DNA of 61,280 nucleotides, filler included, from Porpidia crustulata (GCA_964255105.1; 4 parts of 4 records of this genome joined end to end with filler, not necessarily neighbours in it); one strand, 5' to 3'. Positions 1-14,006 are shown, counted from the whole stretch's first letter. Notes: generated by a model from the letters alone, not told the origin. Program-made: numbers and translations.

Positions 1-354
1 CCCCCGGAAATCCAAATACCCCTCCGCTCATACCACCCCATTGCGGATCTGTATCTCCATCGCCGTTGCCACGGCCTTGAGCGTCACGCCCGCACATGCC
101 ACAAGTGCTTCTAGCAGCATGTCGCCGCTGCACAGCTCGCCCGAGACGGCCGGATCGTCGCCGCCGGCTGCGGGGTGCAGGCCAGCGACTTTGACTTTGG
201 CGGAGGCGATGGCGGGGCCCGAGGACAGGGTGCAGGCGATGGAGGTGGACGAGAGGATGCCGCTGGTTTTGAGGGTGAGCAGGGCGGAGGAGGGGATGGT
301 GCGATATTGGTCTTTGAGGGGCGCCTGTTTGGCGCGAAGGGCGGAGGCGTCCAT
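1..354 (-). CDS. OsmC/Ohr-like protein; in-frame TGA at 28-30, runs off the contig end
   Basis: MDASALRAKQAPLKDQY...AGLHPAAGG...LCSGDMLLEALVACAGVTLKAVA has the two-Cys OsmC-like motif. The frame resumes after the TGA as AEGYLDFRG, resembling the family AEGDLDFRG motif. Confidence 0.8.
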
Positions 355-654
355 GATAGACAATATGGGGTATAAGGGAGGGAAGCTCGGGGGTTGAGAG
401 ACGGGGTTGAGGTGGCGAGCTTCGTGGGTTGTTTGTTGGCAGTTGCAAGCATCCAAATCGTAAGCAACGTTACATATATTGTGTATCACCAATGATGGTT
501 TGTCGACAACTTTTCTTTACCCCGCTTGTTATTTCCCTACCCAGGCTACCTTACTCTAGTAGTTGTCGGATGCGGCGCTGACTAATCCTAATCGCTTGCA
601 TTTCCTCTCTAATTGCTGCTGTGTTTCCTTTCACTTCTTGCTCATTACACCAAA

Positions 655-1843
655 ATGTCTAAACAAAAATCAACAGACGATGGAACGCAAAATCATTTGT
701 CGATGATCGAGTTAGACGAAGAGCAGATAGCAGCGTTAGAGCTCATGAAAGACAATACCCATCCCCACCTACAGTGCCTAGTGCCAATCCTAGATTCGAT
801 ACGGAAAGCCTACAGCGATAAACTTCCACCTCATAGAAGAGCATTACCAGTAACCACCATCGTTTTCCATGATTGGAGAATGTTCCTAATGTTCTGGCAG
901 ACTCGTCCAGCCACCGACTTCAAGCGCACTACCGCTGTAGCGCAAGCCTTAGACATTGATTACAAGGAAGATGACATGTCTTACGTCTTCAAACTCTAGA
1001 CCGAACATTTGGAAGATCCAGGACAGCTATCTGAGCATTTTGGTGAGTGTGCATGAATACATGTAGAATGCTGCGAAAGCTGATATCCACAAAGCTTCGG
1101 TGATCCAAGATCTAAAGACCAGCGACTACGTCAGTGCAAGACACGATGAATCGTTCTGCCGCACTGTGCTTGACCTGATTATCATGGATCGTCTTCGTCA
1201 TCTAAAATATAAAGATACACATCGTCGTCTGCAAGTAGCTGCAGAAGTCTCCATGTCAATTCGTATGACGGACACGTATGGCAACGATGAGATCATCAAG
1301 GGCAGAGCGGATTGGGCATTAGGCTATGGTACCGGAAAGAGTGATACGGGTTCTATTCTTCTTGTCATAGAAGCGAAGCCTTACGAGTCCGCTCCCGTGG
1401 GAATGCCTCAGCTACTAGTATACATGGCTGCCGTGTATGAAGCAAGAAAGGGACAGGATCGGATCAACAACAGTGTCTTTGGTATGGTGTCTGATAGCAA
1501 GGAATTTCGCTTCGCTTTTCTGAATGAAAACAAGAAGTTTTTCACGTCACAGCCATTTACCTGGCTCTTTAACCAATCGACGGTTATCGCCTATATCGAT
1601 ATGATGCTCATCAACGCGATCGAGTCCTCCCTACATACTACACCTCAGAAAAAAGGCAATCAAACCATCCTCAAGTTCCCCGAATTCTTGAAAAGGCAAT
1701 GGAGTTTTGGAATAGAATCGGATGATGAAGGGGCTGAAGATGAAGAGGACGATGATTCTGACATGGTGGACATAATTAATATTGGTGGTCGTGTGGTGTT
1801 AAGGGCTTTAAGGCATCATGGCGGGTCTTACTCTCTAGGGTAG
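655..1843 (+). CDS. Fungal PD-(D/E)xK nuclease-like protein with internal TAG (997-999); possible pseudogene
   Basis: Predicted introns 850-900 (GTAACC..CTAAT..CAG) and 1043-1094 (GTGAGT..CTGAT..AAG) join ORFs 613..999 and 1100..1843 in frame. Motifs GRADWALG, LVIEAK and QLLVYM, plus an acidic tail. Confidence 0.6.
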
Positions 1844-3685
1844 CACAAGGATAGCAGATTTAATTCTAACAAGACTATCATACTAGCGCCTTGGACTAAG
1901 TCTTGTGGATTGGATTGAAACGCCCAGAAGAAGCGACGCGTACCGTCCGCTTACACTACTCTAGATATCACGATGGCAGAACAGATCACCGAGACGCAGG
2001 CGGTAGGAGGTATCAATCCATACACCTTGATAGTATGGTTGATGGATCGTCAAGCACTCCTGAATAGAGTTGAATGCAGGCCCTGCTTATTAGCACGAAA
2101 TTGAAAGAATCCAATAATTGCACTAACAAGAGTAAGAACTGTCGAAAAGATCGTAGTGAATATGAGCACAATAGCCAGAAACGAATGAAGAATTTTGGAA
2201 ACACATCAACGAGAAACCAGGTCCGGATTTCGAAAGCTGCCGTGCACGATGAGATTGAAGATCGCGACTTTACTGAAACTCGAAGCGGAGTTGTCGTACA
2301 ACAGAAGGCAAGAAACCGTGTCGATTCTCATGGTAGATGGAGACTAGGACAACCAGTCAGATCGCTCAGTAACAATGAACAGACAACGACTGAAAAAGTT
2401 GCTTGTTTATCAGAATACCTTTGTCTTTCTTGAAAGCTGAATTTGTATCCTGGATGACATTAGATATTTGCGTGATATCATTATTCGAAGTCTGTTCAAC
2501 TATCTTACGATCGTTTATTTTAATTTGACGTCTTATGCGTCCGTGACGTTAAACCATGTCGGGAGAAACACGTCAAAGCTCTGAAACGGACCGACATCTT
2601 AGAGTATTTAAATGATAAATCTCTGTCTTGTGACTTTAAACAGTCTTTCACGTCTCTCGGTCCCGAAGTATCATTTGTTTTTTTGCCGTCATGACTTGCC
2701 TTGTAAGCTTTGTTCCCAATACCTATTCTGTTAAAGTCTTTCTTCTCTGCTATTGAAGATGCTAGCTTTTACTTTTTCCTTCTAATGCTACTTGCTGTGG
2801 ACCAAAAAAAGTAAGAGCTTTACACGTTGATCAGGAATCAAGCTGTTGACTATTCTCGTAGATAAAGACGACGAACGATATGAGCCATGATATGTTTGCT
2901 ATTATGGGATGTTGTGGGTTGACCGCGTGAATGGGATACTGCGCACACATGACCAGACCCAGATGTACGACAAACACTTTGTGGTAGGTAGATAATCTTT
3001 TGATGAGTGGAAATTTATTTCTGGAATCAGATGCTAAGACTCCTTAAGACATAGACGTAGAATCCTAACATCTTGCAAACTTACTTGAATCATCTCGCTG
3101 CACACTTTATCATCATTAGGTAGTGCTTCTAAGGGTAATTAGGTTTCAAAGGTTTGACATTTTCTGACAATTCAAGTGATGCGTATTTACAACTTCGTCT
3201 CCTTTTTTTTCGAAAATTTAAGACGAGGCTCAGAGCTCGCGCCACGAGATATCAAGACTTGGAAACATTTTAGTAAATAGTGTATAACATGCGAACGCCC
3301 TTGTTCTTTGCTAATCCCCTATGTATATTAAATTCCAATATATAATACGAATATCTATCAATTTCAACCTTTCTATCCATATTGTACGGAAGGTCGTGCA
3401 GTCGAAAGGCCGTGTCTTCAAACGGTCTCCTCACCAGGCTGCAGGAATGTGATACGGAACCGGCGATTTATTTTCCCACGAGCACTTTTGGCTATCGTGG
3501 TCCTGGTGTATCGGCAGGAGCATTTGCGGCCATGAGAATGTTTTTCTTTGCGACACGTCGCCATCTTGAGTGCAATTTTCTAGTGTAGAAACAAACGGAA
3601 TGCCTTTGCTTTCAATGTCCTAGCAGCCGTGGCGTTTTCCAGTTCCGCAAAGCTCTCGTCGCACGACTACAGGGAGGCAAGATTT

Positions 3686-5097
3686 CTAGGGCAAAGCGGC
3701 GAAGCCCAATCGATGGTTACCCTCATCAAAGACCACGAATTCAGCTTGCATGAACATCTGACCAAGGGTCCCACCACCTGTGCCATTAAAGAGAGAACCC
3801 TGACACACTATGGACATATTGCCATCAGCCAAATCTAATTGATCTCAAACAGACAATTCACAACTTACAATTGGGATCGTGCGACACCGCCAGACGCATA
3901 AGATGACCGGGAATAATCGCTGAACCTTGTCCGGCAAGATCGAAATGCAAATCGGGTAATGGGGCTTTGCATGGGTAAATCCAAATACTGTCATTCAGGT
4001 GTGCGCCTGGCACTTGATCCCAATATGCTTTAACGATATCTGCATCAAGGATGTTGTATATGGAGCCGGAGTCTGCGTCATTCAGCCATGCCGATAACAG
4101 ACTGACAAATCAAGCATAAACTCACCGATGAATACGCAGTCGCTATGCTTATATGATTTGCCCTTGATGATCACTTGAAGTCCATCGAAGCCCCAAAATC
4201 GCTGACAGATGTAAGCGTCGCTGAGAGGGACGTAGCTCAAATTCCCGATGTAACGACGAGGATCAAGGATCCCAAAATCCCAGCTGCCGATGCCGGTGTT
4301 GTAGTCCGCGGAATAGGCAAATAGAGGAGCGTTCAAATGTGCCTTGATGTTGTCGAACCATTTGGTTTGTGGTGGGCTGGCTATGTAAGGAAAGTATTAG
4401 CCAAGCCACTTGGAACAGCGGTGGCAGATATTGTGAGTACCGCTACCTGCGGCCCGGCTCAGCCCGATCACACCCACCAGCTGGTTGCCAGCTATGGAGG
4501 GCTTGTCATAAGGTACCAAGCCAAAACTTTGGTTGACCTGCGAATGCCCGATCTGAACGATATCTCTGCCCATTGGGCCATGATGGTTGTAGGCTGGGTT
4601 TACGTATTTGATAGAAAAAGACGACGCAGTGTTGTTGAATGTGCTGCTGTAAGAGGGATTAAAGAGGTGGCCTCCGCCAGAGATGGTGGCTGGATCTGCT
4701 GTCGTAGTGTAGATCCACCTAGGAAATTGAGAGTTATTCAGTACCGATCAGTGTTGAGAAGATATGGGAGGTCTTACATGTCCGGTGAACCTGTGTCGAG
4801 CAGGAGAGACATATTCTGAGGTGCTTTCATGGACCCAATAACGACAGGACTCATGGCAAAACTTATGGGATTAGGAATACGTGCACTCTCGTAGACACCG
4901 CCTTGCGATACCGGAGAATTGATACTGTCAATATGGATGGCGTCGAGATTGGCATCTTTGTTTATGTAGGTGGTGCTAATGCTGAAGGAACTTAAGAAAG
5001 GTGTATCGGCAGCATGAACATGGAAGCCAGAAATATTCGAGATGAGGTGAAGGAACAGATAGAAATTCAGAAACTGTATTGCGACCTTGAGAGCCAT
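3686..5097 (-). CDS. Secreted pepsin-like (A1) aspartic protease, multi-exon
   Basis: Hydrophobic N-terminus; first catalytic motif LLLDTGSPD and second ADSGS; IYPC; C-terminal LGQMFMQAEFVVFDEGNHRLGFA with stop at 3686-3688. Confidence 0.85.
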
Positions 5098-8000
5098 GGT
5101 ATCGAGGATCATTTCAGACAAATGACTGTCAACCGAAAAGTTGGTTCACATAGGTCTTGTTGGACAACATACTAATATGGTCCATGGTGGAAACTTCTAA
5201 GAATCGTGTAAGTAAAACATAGCTCTGACACCTGAAGCCATTAGGGAAAGTCACCCTGGCCGATACCATTGACCAAAACCAGATAAGCCATCCAATGTTC
5301 TCGAGGGCTGCACCTTCTGCGTATCGAAGGCCGCAAGGAGTACCCCACTGCTTTCTCTCCATGCCCTTGTAGACATGACCTTGACCGGTTTGAAGTTGGT
5401 CGGAAATATAAAGATTAGTCCGTCAAAGCGCCACTGCCAAAAATCCCTCCATTATCCCTCCAGTATCTCTAATTATGAGGTTACTTCGGTACGAAGAGGC
5501 TGAGGTATATAGCACTTAAGATCATAGAATAGAAACAAATAAAAAATAGCGAATCAGGTACGATACAAGAAGCATAAGAAGGCTGTTCAAAGCAAGAAGT
5601 GTAGAGGAAATAAGAGAGTCAATAGCAGGCTAAGACTACGCGGCTCTAAGGCATGTGCGGGGAGATTTCAAGGCAAGATAGAGAGCTTCTCCATCGATAT
5701 TCATAATGGGGCGCATAGTGCGTGGAGAGAGACAGTCATCTATCTTTGGTTGGTTTGGTCACAGATCGGTATCGATCCGCAAATATCATAAACCGCGACG
5801 CCGGTAGTTCGAAGGAGCCCTACCAGCCCGTGCTTTGGTTTTGCCCAAGTCAAGGGTATTTCTTTCGATTCCGGAGCAAATATCTCTTGTAAGGTTGCTT
5901 TGGTCATGCGATCGGGTAATTGGTGAAAGTGGGATTGGCCGGGGAATTCAGTGGATTTAATCCGCTGTATTTGCGATATGCGCTACTCCTAGCTATTGTT
6001 AGTTCGAGATACGCCAATTCAGATAGGAAAATTTTCCCGTCGAAGAGTGGCGGACCTACCAATTGATATCAACGTACATGACTTTGATTTTGGAAAACTG
6101 TCGGGAATGGCCACCTGCTATCTAATCATACCAAGCAGTTGGTGTCCACTCCCGGCGTGAATGCTTCAGTACATAGAGTGCATTATAGCTGCCATACATT
6201 TCTAGTTCTGTGCCGACATACCTGCTCAATTCTTCAGAGCCACATTCTGTATGGACGTTTAAAGCAGTGAATGGCCTTTGGATTCAAATGGACGCTGTAG
6301 ACCGTGCTGCAGATTATGCAGATTGAAAAATCCTTGTTGTCGCGGCAGCACAACTTCCTTATTACCGGTCTCATTTGGCGCAGCTACTGAAGGCACGGAG
6401 CATTTCATCCTTGTTCCTGTATATAAGAGCCGTAATGACTCTTTCCATTTGAAGTCTTTCGTGGAGAAACAAGAGATGCCCGCTGTCTTTTGTCCATTGA
6501 ATAAGGCCGTCCAACATCCACCAATAAAGTGAAAATGCTGAGCTTAAACGTGATTATAACAGCGGACGATGATGTGGGACCTGAGAGCATCTCCGCCGGC
6601 GCTGGTTTGGTGCGGAAGTAAGCGGCGAAGATTGCAGTGCCTCCATAGTCCTTCGCGAGCTTTTCTCCGAGTTAAGGCGGGGGCATCACGTCCTTGAATA
6701 GCTCCGAAGAGTGTAGGTTGCGTTCGTTCGCTGGTAATGCAACCTTGGTGGGAGTGCTACGAGTCCTGCTGGTAAATAACACGGCTCGTGGGTGAGGGGA
6801 AAGTCTAGGTATGAAGAGCGCTCGTGTTGCGCCTTTCCTCCTTTGTGTATGTGCATGCGTTGCTATCAAGATTCGGGAACCAGATCCCTTCTCTGAAGAT
6901 ATAGTAGCCGAGGTCGTCAAGCACGTTTTTCCATGCCTGGATATCTCGCGTGATTCATAGATGCTGTCAGGCTGGGGTGTATCGATTCTGAGTGCGTGCC
7001 AAGATCTTCTTCGTCTTCGTGAACTACTTGACGTAGAATGTTGGAAGTATTATTGCCAGCTCACACACCTGTAGCCATAATCTGTCATAGATGGTCGAGT
7101 TGGCAATACCCTGGCGAGCCATCGGCACCGGTCATAAATGGCTTGGCTATTGACCATGATGTGCCTTTGCTGAGACTCAGTAATCCGTGGCTAGAGAAGT
7201 ATAGGTAGAATATGACAGCGACGAGGGACCAAGTAGATACCAGCATGTACTTCAACGAAAATCTGCTTGACACGAGGCAGTAGAGACAAGTGAAAATAAC
7301 GCTGGCGGAGTCCAGCGGATGTTGGCTCGAGAGACGATCCAAGTTCATACAACTTGCTCCCTCCTTATCCGGGTTCAAGCAATAGATTGCTAAAAGACAA
7401 ATGAAGAGGGTCGGCATGTCCTCCATAAGGCTGAAACTGTGGCCGTGCACTGGAGCATACCTTACTCTAAGGGGTATCAGAAGTCATTACACTCGTAAAG
7501 CGCAACGACGCCTGATATTTCGTGCTATGACTTCTGGCAGTCCCAAAGTAGAGTAGTCCTGTAGCACCAATAATCCGACACTATCAAGAAGCAGACTGTG
7601 CATTCGAAAAACATTTAAGATCCCTCCTACTCATGATATGGATAATCCACTCTGCAGGAAGCGGGACACATAACTATGTTGATTGTTCCATTAGGCAGCG
7701 TCAAAATGGCGTCTTGGCTTATATGTTCACTATCTAACCAAGATGCACTCCTCCGCTCACTGAGCGTCAAGGGTCTGGACACATCAGCAACTATTATCCT
7801 CGATCCGTTCTCTCTTTCCGAAATGCTCGTGGATAGTAGAAATTAGGACTTATTCCGCTCTGACCAAAAGGCTTCCGCGGCGAATTGTCATGATCTTTGT
7901 TATCCTCTGATTCCTTACTATGGGAGAAGGCATATTGGTCGGGCTGAATTCCCGGTTTTTGCACGAGTGGCGATCCGAGTATGCAGAAATGCTCATGTGT

Positions 8001-8248
8001 CTACATGCCGAAGAAGCAGATGACAGGCAACAGGATCCCAGCGTCGAAAGGCGACTGGCTCAAAAGATGGAAGCGAGAAAAGCGGAGGATTTTGCTTTTT
8101 CCAATCCCTGCCCTCTCTATGTGAGCGGAGTACAGCGGCATGCCCGGATATGCAGAACAGTCCTTCAGACACCAGGCTCTCACCGCAAATATCTTCTTCC
8201 CAAATTATCTCCACCCTCGAGTGAACAGCACCTAACTTCTAGCTTACC

Positions 8249-9758
8249 ATGGCCTCTCCCAGCCACCAGACGCCTTTAGACATCGCGGTGATAGGAGGTG
8301 GTATAGCAGGTTTGACGCTGGTGATCGGCTTGCTGAAGCATCATATCCAAGTAACTCTGTACGAATCAGCTCACCACTTTGGCGAGATCGGCGCCGGAGT
8401 GGGATTTGGGCCTAATTCAATACGGGCGACAACACTGGTAGATCCAGCCATTAAGAAAGGGGTTGAGAAGGTTGCAACGTCTAATCAGTGGGAGACAAAG
8501 AAACAAGTATGGTTTGACTTTCGCTACGGGGAAGATAAAAGCAAAGAGGCCATGACAGGAGAGCTCTTCCACACGCTCTTGTGCGTGGGCGAGCAATCGA
8601 CGATGCACCGTGCCGACTTTTTGGACGAAATGATCAAACTAATACCACCTGGGATTGCACACTTTGGGAAGCGACTGGTGACAATCGAGGATCTCGGTCG
8701 TTATGGCGTACGCTTGAAGTTCCGTGACGGCACCGAGGCTACACATCACGCAGTCATTGGTTGTGACGGGATCAAGAGCGCGACAAGAGAGTACATCCTT
8801 GGGAGTAACGACCCTGCTGCTCACGCAGTATTTACTGGCAAGTATTGTCACCGAGGTCTGATTCCCATGGATCGGGCGGCTGCGTTGCTTGGGGACGAGC
8901 TGGCCAAGAACAATAACATGTACCTGGGGCATCATGGACATATTCTCACCTTTCCTGTCCAGAAAGGAAAGACTATGAACGGTGAGTCTTGCTTCGACAC
9001 ATTAGTCATGGAGTCACCAAATTTGTTAGCATTTTTGGATGTGACTTCCCTGTTGACTTGGGCTTTCTAAGCAATCCTCGCTATCCGACTTTCATTTCCT
9101 AAAGATAGTATCCTGCTATAACACGTTGTAAATAATCCTTAGTTTTGAACTAACTTGATAGAATGTGTTGATGGGACGGAAACTCGGAAATTGACACTAA
9201 CATCAGTAACCAGTGGTCGCATTTAGCACAAAAAAAACCTGGGACTCCAAAGATTGGGTCATCCCCTCCAGCCATGCAGAAGTCCTGGCAGACTACAAAG
9301 GCTGGGGCGACACCATCCAAAAGCTCATCGGACTCATGCAAGACCCAGACATCTGGGCCCTCTACGACTACCCACCTGCCTCGACATACTGCAAGGGTCC
9401 AGTGTGCATCATCGGCGATGCAGCGCATGCATCCACGCCTCACCAAGGCTCCGGCGCGGGAATGGCCGTCGAAGACGCCTACGTGCTTAGCTTTCTCTTG
9501 GGCGAGATATCGAATGTGCGGCAGATCGAGGGCGTGTTCAAAGCATTCGACGCAGTACGGAGGGAACGAACGCAGAAGCTGGTGGCTACAAGCCGCGAGG
9601 CGGGTCAATTGTGGGAATTCGAGCTCGAAGGTGTCCGGGACGATATTGAGAAGTTTCGCGAGAATGTTAGTAAGAGGATGGATTGGATTTGGAATGAGGA
9701 CTTGCCGGCAGAGGTGGAGGAAGCGAAGAAGATTATGCTTCAGGAGCCTGGGGTGTGA
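8249..9758 (+). CDS. FAD-dependent monooxygenase, salicylate hydroxylase/decarboxylase-like (group A FMO)
   Basis: GGGIAG Rossmann motif, EIGAG, IGCDGIKS and IIGDAAHASTPHQGSGAGMAVEDA. One intron at 8982-9213. Confidence 0.92.
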
Positions 9759-10564
9759 CTTTTGATACTCAGAGTGTTGCACTGATCCATGTTGGGGATG
9801 TTCGCCACTTGATTGCAAGTCAATTAGAACGAAGTCGAAATTGTACTGAAAGTTCCATTTGTTTCTTGGTAGTATCCAGTTACAACGCAGCAATGTTGAT
9901 GCACAAGTTCGAAGACACTGCCTCTCATTCCTCAGTAGCCGATAGCGATCACGCAAACCTGAATAATGTACTACCTGCACGTATCCTCTCTATGAAAGAC
10001 CATCCCGCCTTTTCCAAGGAATACCACATCTCGCAGTAGTTCGAAACAGCTCATAATAGGAGGATCCCATGGATTAATGTCACTATCTCACAAACGCCGA
10101 GCCAGAGACACAAACCGGATATGGGGTGGGAGGTAGAGAATCGTAAAGGACAGGAGGGGAAATGAGCGATGTGGGATTCCGTTCCGGAGGGAAAGATGAA
10201 GACTCGATAGGTTTATCTACTTATTTTGGTTATTTAGATGAGTGCGCGTGCTGCTTTGACAGCACCGGCGGTTGTGACAGCTGTTGTGTTGTCAAAGCTT
10301 CAGGTGTTTGTCTATATACTGTAGGGATAGTGAGGTTCGGATTGGGGTTTCGGCATTGAGAGTCGCCTGTTAAATCCTGTTAGTAGAGTAGCTGACCTTG
10401 AAATAAGTATTATTATTAAATTTTCTGATCTGACTAAATGCGTGCATCTCTACGTAGAGTGCTATGGGGGTCCCCGAACTGCAATGATCCGTTCCAGACC
10501 ATCTTTCCTACCCCACTTCATTTTGTGCAGTGATGCAGTCCTACATACATTCCGCCCCACCTTC

Positions 10565-12740
10565 TTATGCATTGATAACAGGAATATTCCTCTGCTTATA
10601 CCCAAGCCACTGCGGTAGCGTACGCTTGTATGGCGTATCACTGGAAAGTTGCAGATCCTCAATCGCCGACGCCCATTTCACCAGCGCCCCTTCCGACCAC
10701 GCCGTGTTCATGATAGCGAGGCCGTACGGCATGCCGGAGACTTGGTTGACACCTGCAGGAACTGTGATGACGGGGTAGCCTTGGGGGGGTTGGGATCAGT
10801 ATCTGCAATTCAGGGCGATGGAGAAGCTTGCTTACCGGCTTGAGCGGCAATCTGGTAGGTCTGTCCCACATCAGGGGGTACGAGCAGCCCGTCTAGCTTC
10901 TTGCCGTTGTAGGTGAGAGCGGCGTCGATGCCGCCTTCCCGGGTCGTCTGCTGGCAGAATGCGAGTGCTTGGTAGTAAGTCTCGTTCATGATGCCCTTGG
11001 TGTCAAGAGAGGCGAGGAATCCGTCTTGGCCGGATCCGAACGCAGGGTTGATGCCTGGTGTGCCGCCCTCGGAGCCTACGTTGTCGATGTTGTATCTAGA
11101 GTAGCTGCGCGTTAACTTTGAATTGTGTGTGAAGAGTAGGCTTTCATACTGCACAAGGTCTTCCAGCGACTTTATGTCGGTGTTTGTCAATTCCGACAGA
11201 TATGACTTTATGTTGTTATAGAAGTCTACCTTGACAACAGTGTACTCGGACTCATTGGCAAATCCACGTGTCGTGCCATAATCCCTAGAGCATGCATGTT
11301 AGAATAAGTTGATTCCCCAACACAAAATGACCTATACCAATTCCATCCGTTCGGGCTAACGATCGTCTGGTAATCCGGCAACTCAGTACCGTTGATAATC
11401 GTAGCACCAGCGCTCTTGATAAGCTCGAGAAGCTCGACGAGTTGCGCCAATTGAGCGGGATCGGCGAGGGCCCAGAAGCTTTCCCACGGCAGACCAAACG
11501 TTGCATGCTTCAGCGCATTCTTCTTGCTCAGGAAGGGAAGATAACCTGTTGCTGGAGTTTTGCCAACTTGGCCCGAGGTGTAATTATCGCGAGTGTCAAC
11601 GCCATAGATAGCATCGAGCGCCAGTGTCGCATCACGGACAGTACGGCCAAAAGTACCTACTGTGTCTTGATGTGTACTCTCCGGGATGACACTAAGGGAA
11701 GCCCATTAGTCCAAGACCAATCTAATAAAAGTCGCAGTCCGCATAGTAGCATACCCAGCGCGCGAAGTTAGGCCAACTGTAGGTTTGATACCGACAAGGG
11801 CATTTCTCTCAGCTGGGTTAATTACTATGATTCCCCAGCGTGAGCATTCTCTTGCGCTCAATGCGATACTGGACTAGAATTAGACTCACCGCTACCATCA
11901 GTCTCAGTACCTAGTGCAAAGGTGACAATATTGGCTGCGACGGCAATTGCGCTGCCTGAGCTACTCCCTCCAGGGTTGACTGTCAAGTTGTACGCACTCC
12001 TTCCCTGACCTCCCCGCCCCGAGTATCCTTCCGAGTAATTGTTGCTCCGCATATCTGCCCACTCACTCAACGTAGCTTTGCCCATGAGAATAGCGCCAGC
12101 CGCGCGCAGCCTGCTGACGACATGAGCGTCGCGTGGAACAATCGATCCCTGGAGCGCCCAGCTGCCCGCGGTCGTCTCCATTCTATCTTTGGACGCGATG
12201 TTGTCCTTGACGAGGTAAGGAATGCCATGGAGTGGTCCGAGAAGGTGACCATCGCTACGAAGGTCGTCAAGCTTTGTGGCAATTTGCATTAAATCTGGGT
12301 TGAACTCGAGAACCGCACTTCAGAAGACATTAGTAATAATCTGTACGGTGGATCTATGTTTGCTCTTTGAAACATAATTGAAGTTCGGGATTGGAAAATA
12401 TTATTCACCGGACGTAGCCATCAATTTGAGTGTTTCTCTGAATGTAACAAGTGACAAGTTGAACACTGGTCAATTTTCCATTGCGCAGCCACTTTTGCAA
12501 TTGTTCGATTGTGGCTTCCTCGAGCTTTAAGCCATGGCATAGCTGCATAGTGAAGAGGCCACTCCCCGTGTGGGTCTGATCTGGAAAGTCATATGGAAAT
12601 GGATTGGCGAGGACCTGGGAGCTGGCGAGAACAGAACCATCTTGGCCTTTCACCCCCCGACTGAAACTGAAAATAGAAAGTGCAACTAAAATGCCGAGTG
12701 AGAAGGCTACCCTCCGCAGCGCAAAGTGTAACAGCTTCAT
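10565..12740 (-). CDS. Secreted amidase-signature family enzyme, multi-exon
   Basis: Signal-like N-terminus; LHGIPYLVKDNI (catalytic Lys), PGGSSSGSA and LGTETDGS (Ser-cisSer). C-terminus ..QRNIPVINA with stop at 10565-10567. Confidence 0.92.
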
Positions 12741-14006
12741 ATCAGTGGCTGCAGTACAGTCCCGTGACGCGAAAGAAAGGATTGGGTGGAAGTTTTTGAA
12801 ACTCAGTCGAGTCGCGCAGACAGCCGATGTAAATCAGGCCAGTACGTATGTGTGTCTTGCAGCCCAAGGAACGTCACTTAAGGTACCCGCATTGCGCTTG
12901 GGAGCAACCAGGGCATGCCGTTGGAAACCCACAAAAGGAGTCGCTCCAGGCAACCGGGTGCCGGGGAAAAGCTCGCACCAGACTGGATAGATAGGCGTAA
13001 ACGAGACGGCAAAGATAAAATGGACATAATTCCCTTATTTGATTGAGCCCTCCCGTCTCACACGCAGTCTAAGACGCCGTCTAAGACGCCATCAGGCTGC
13101 CGTTCCAATCAGAGCACATGGCTAAGAACTTCATCTTAGATGCCCACTAAACTTAATCACCCACACAGCACATCGTGAACCGTGCGTCCGTGCCTCTTCA
13201 CGTCATAGTACTTGACTGTATTCGCTTCCAGCATTCGTGCATTAGCGATTCCCACCACAGTCTTTATTTCAAACAGTGATCAGATGTAATCGAAAAGCCT
13301 TCTTGCTCGGGTCGCTGTGACTGAGGACCTGGACCCAAGTCTTACCAAGGATTGATGAGGGGGAAAGCAGGACTAGAGCTTGCTAACGGACTGGTGTATC
13401 AATCGCGTGAGGTTGGTCTTGATAAGGGCTGGTTTTGGGGGGTTCCAAATGCAAATGGTCCCGGATTCTTCCTGCCGGTGGGACGGGCCGCCTCCTCCGT
13501 TGAACTCTATGAGCCGTGGATGATAAGGGGCCGCCGCTTCCCTCTGTAAAAATTATACGAATTTCTGTAGACATTGCTCGCATCAGTCGCCTTCGATCAC
13601 CGGTTTGTTAGATATCTTGTATTTTCGTTCCGGGCGTGAGTCTATGTCAATTGAGTGACATATAGAAGTTTAGTGGTGGCTTTTATTTTACTCCCTAGAC
13701 CATATGAGCGTTGCAGGCCGTATCCTTGTCTCACTAGCACTCCATCTATTTAAACGACCCCATCTTTGGCATGGCGTTACCGTGGGGTGACGACTCTGTC
13801 CGAAATTCGACCCCCTTAGTAGATATCATCCTTGTCTACGGTAGATTGGCGAGTGGGAACTATGTGGCTAAAAGCTACACGTTCCCTCTCCTACCTGATG
13901 GAGTTGTCTTGTTTCAGTCGAGAACTCAGTCTTCTGTAATGAGGATTTGCTGCTCAAGCTCAGCCAGTCATCCTCCCTCTGATACCTGTAGCTCCTAAGC
14001 CTCGAT

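Noticed and set aside
7085..7450. 121-aa hydrophobic ORF as an intact membrane-protein gene
   Set aside because: No recognisable family and no consistent exon chain; downstream frames are broken by stops.
8982..9213. Long monooxygenase intron with an internal CTAAC..TAG (9150-9161), suggesting a stwintron or microexon
   Set aside because: Removing an internal intron does not rebuild a valid donor, and using this acceptor causes a frameshift. At most a cryptic 3' site.
9150..9980. 276-aa minus-strand ORF and other long antisense ORFs (e.g. 41..397, 4337..4819, 23434..23988)
   Set aside because: Shadows of real genes on the opposite strand, with no domain motifs.
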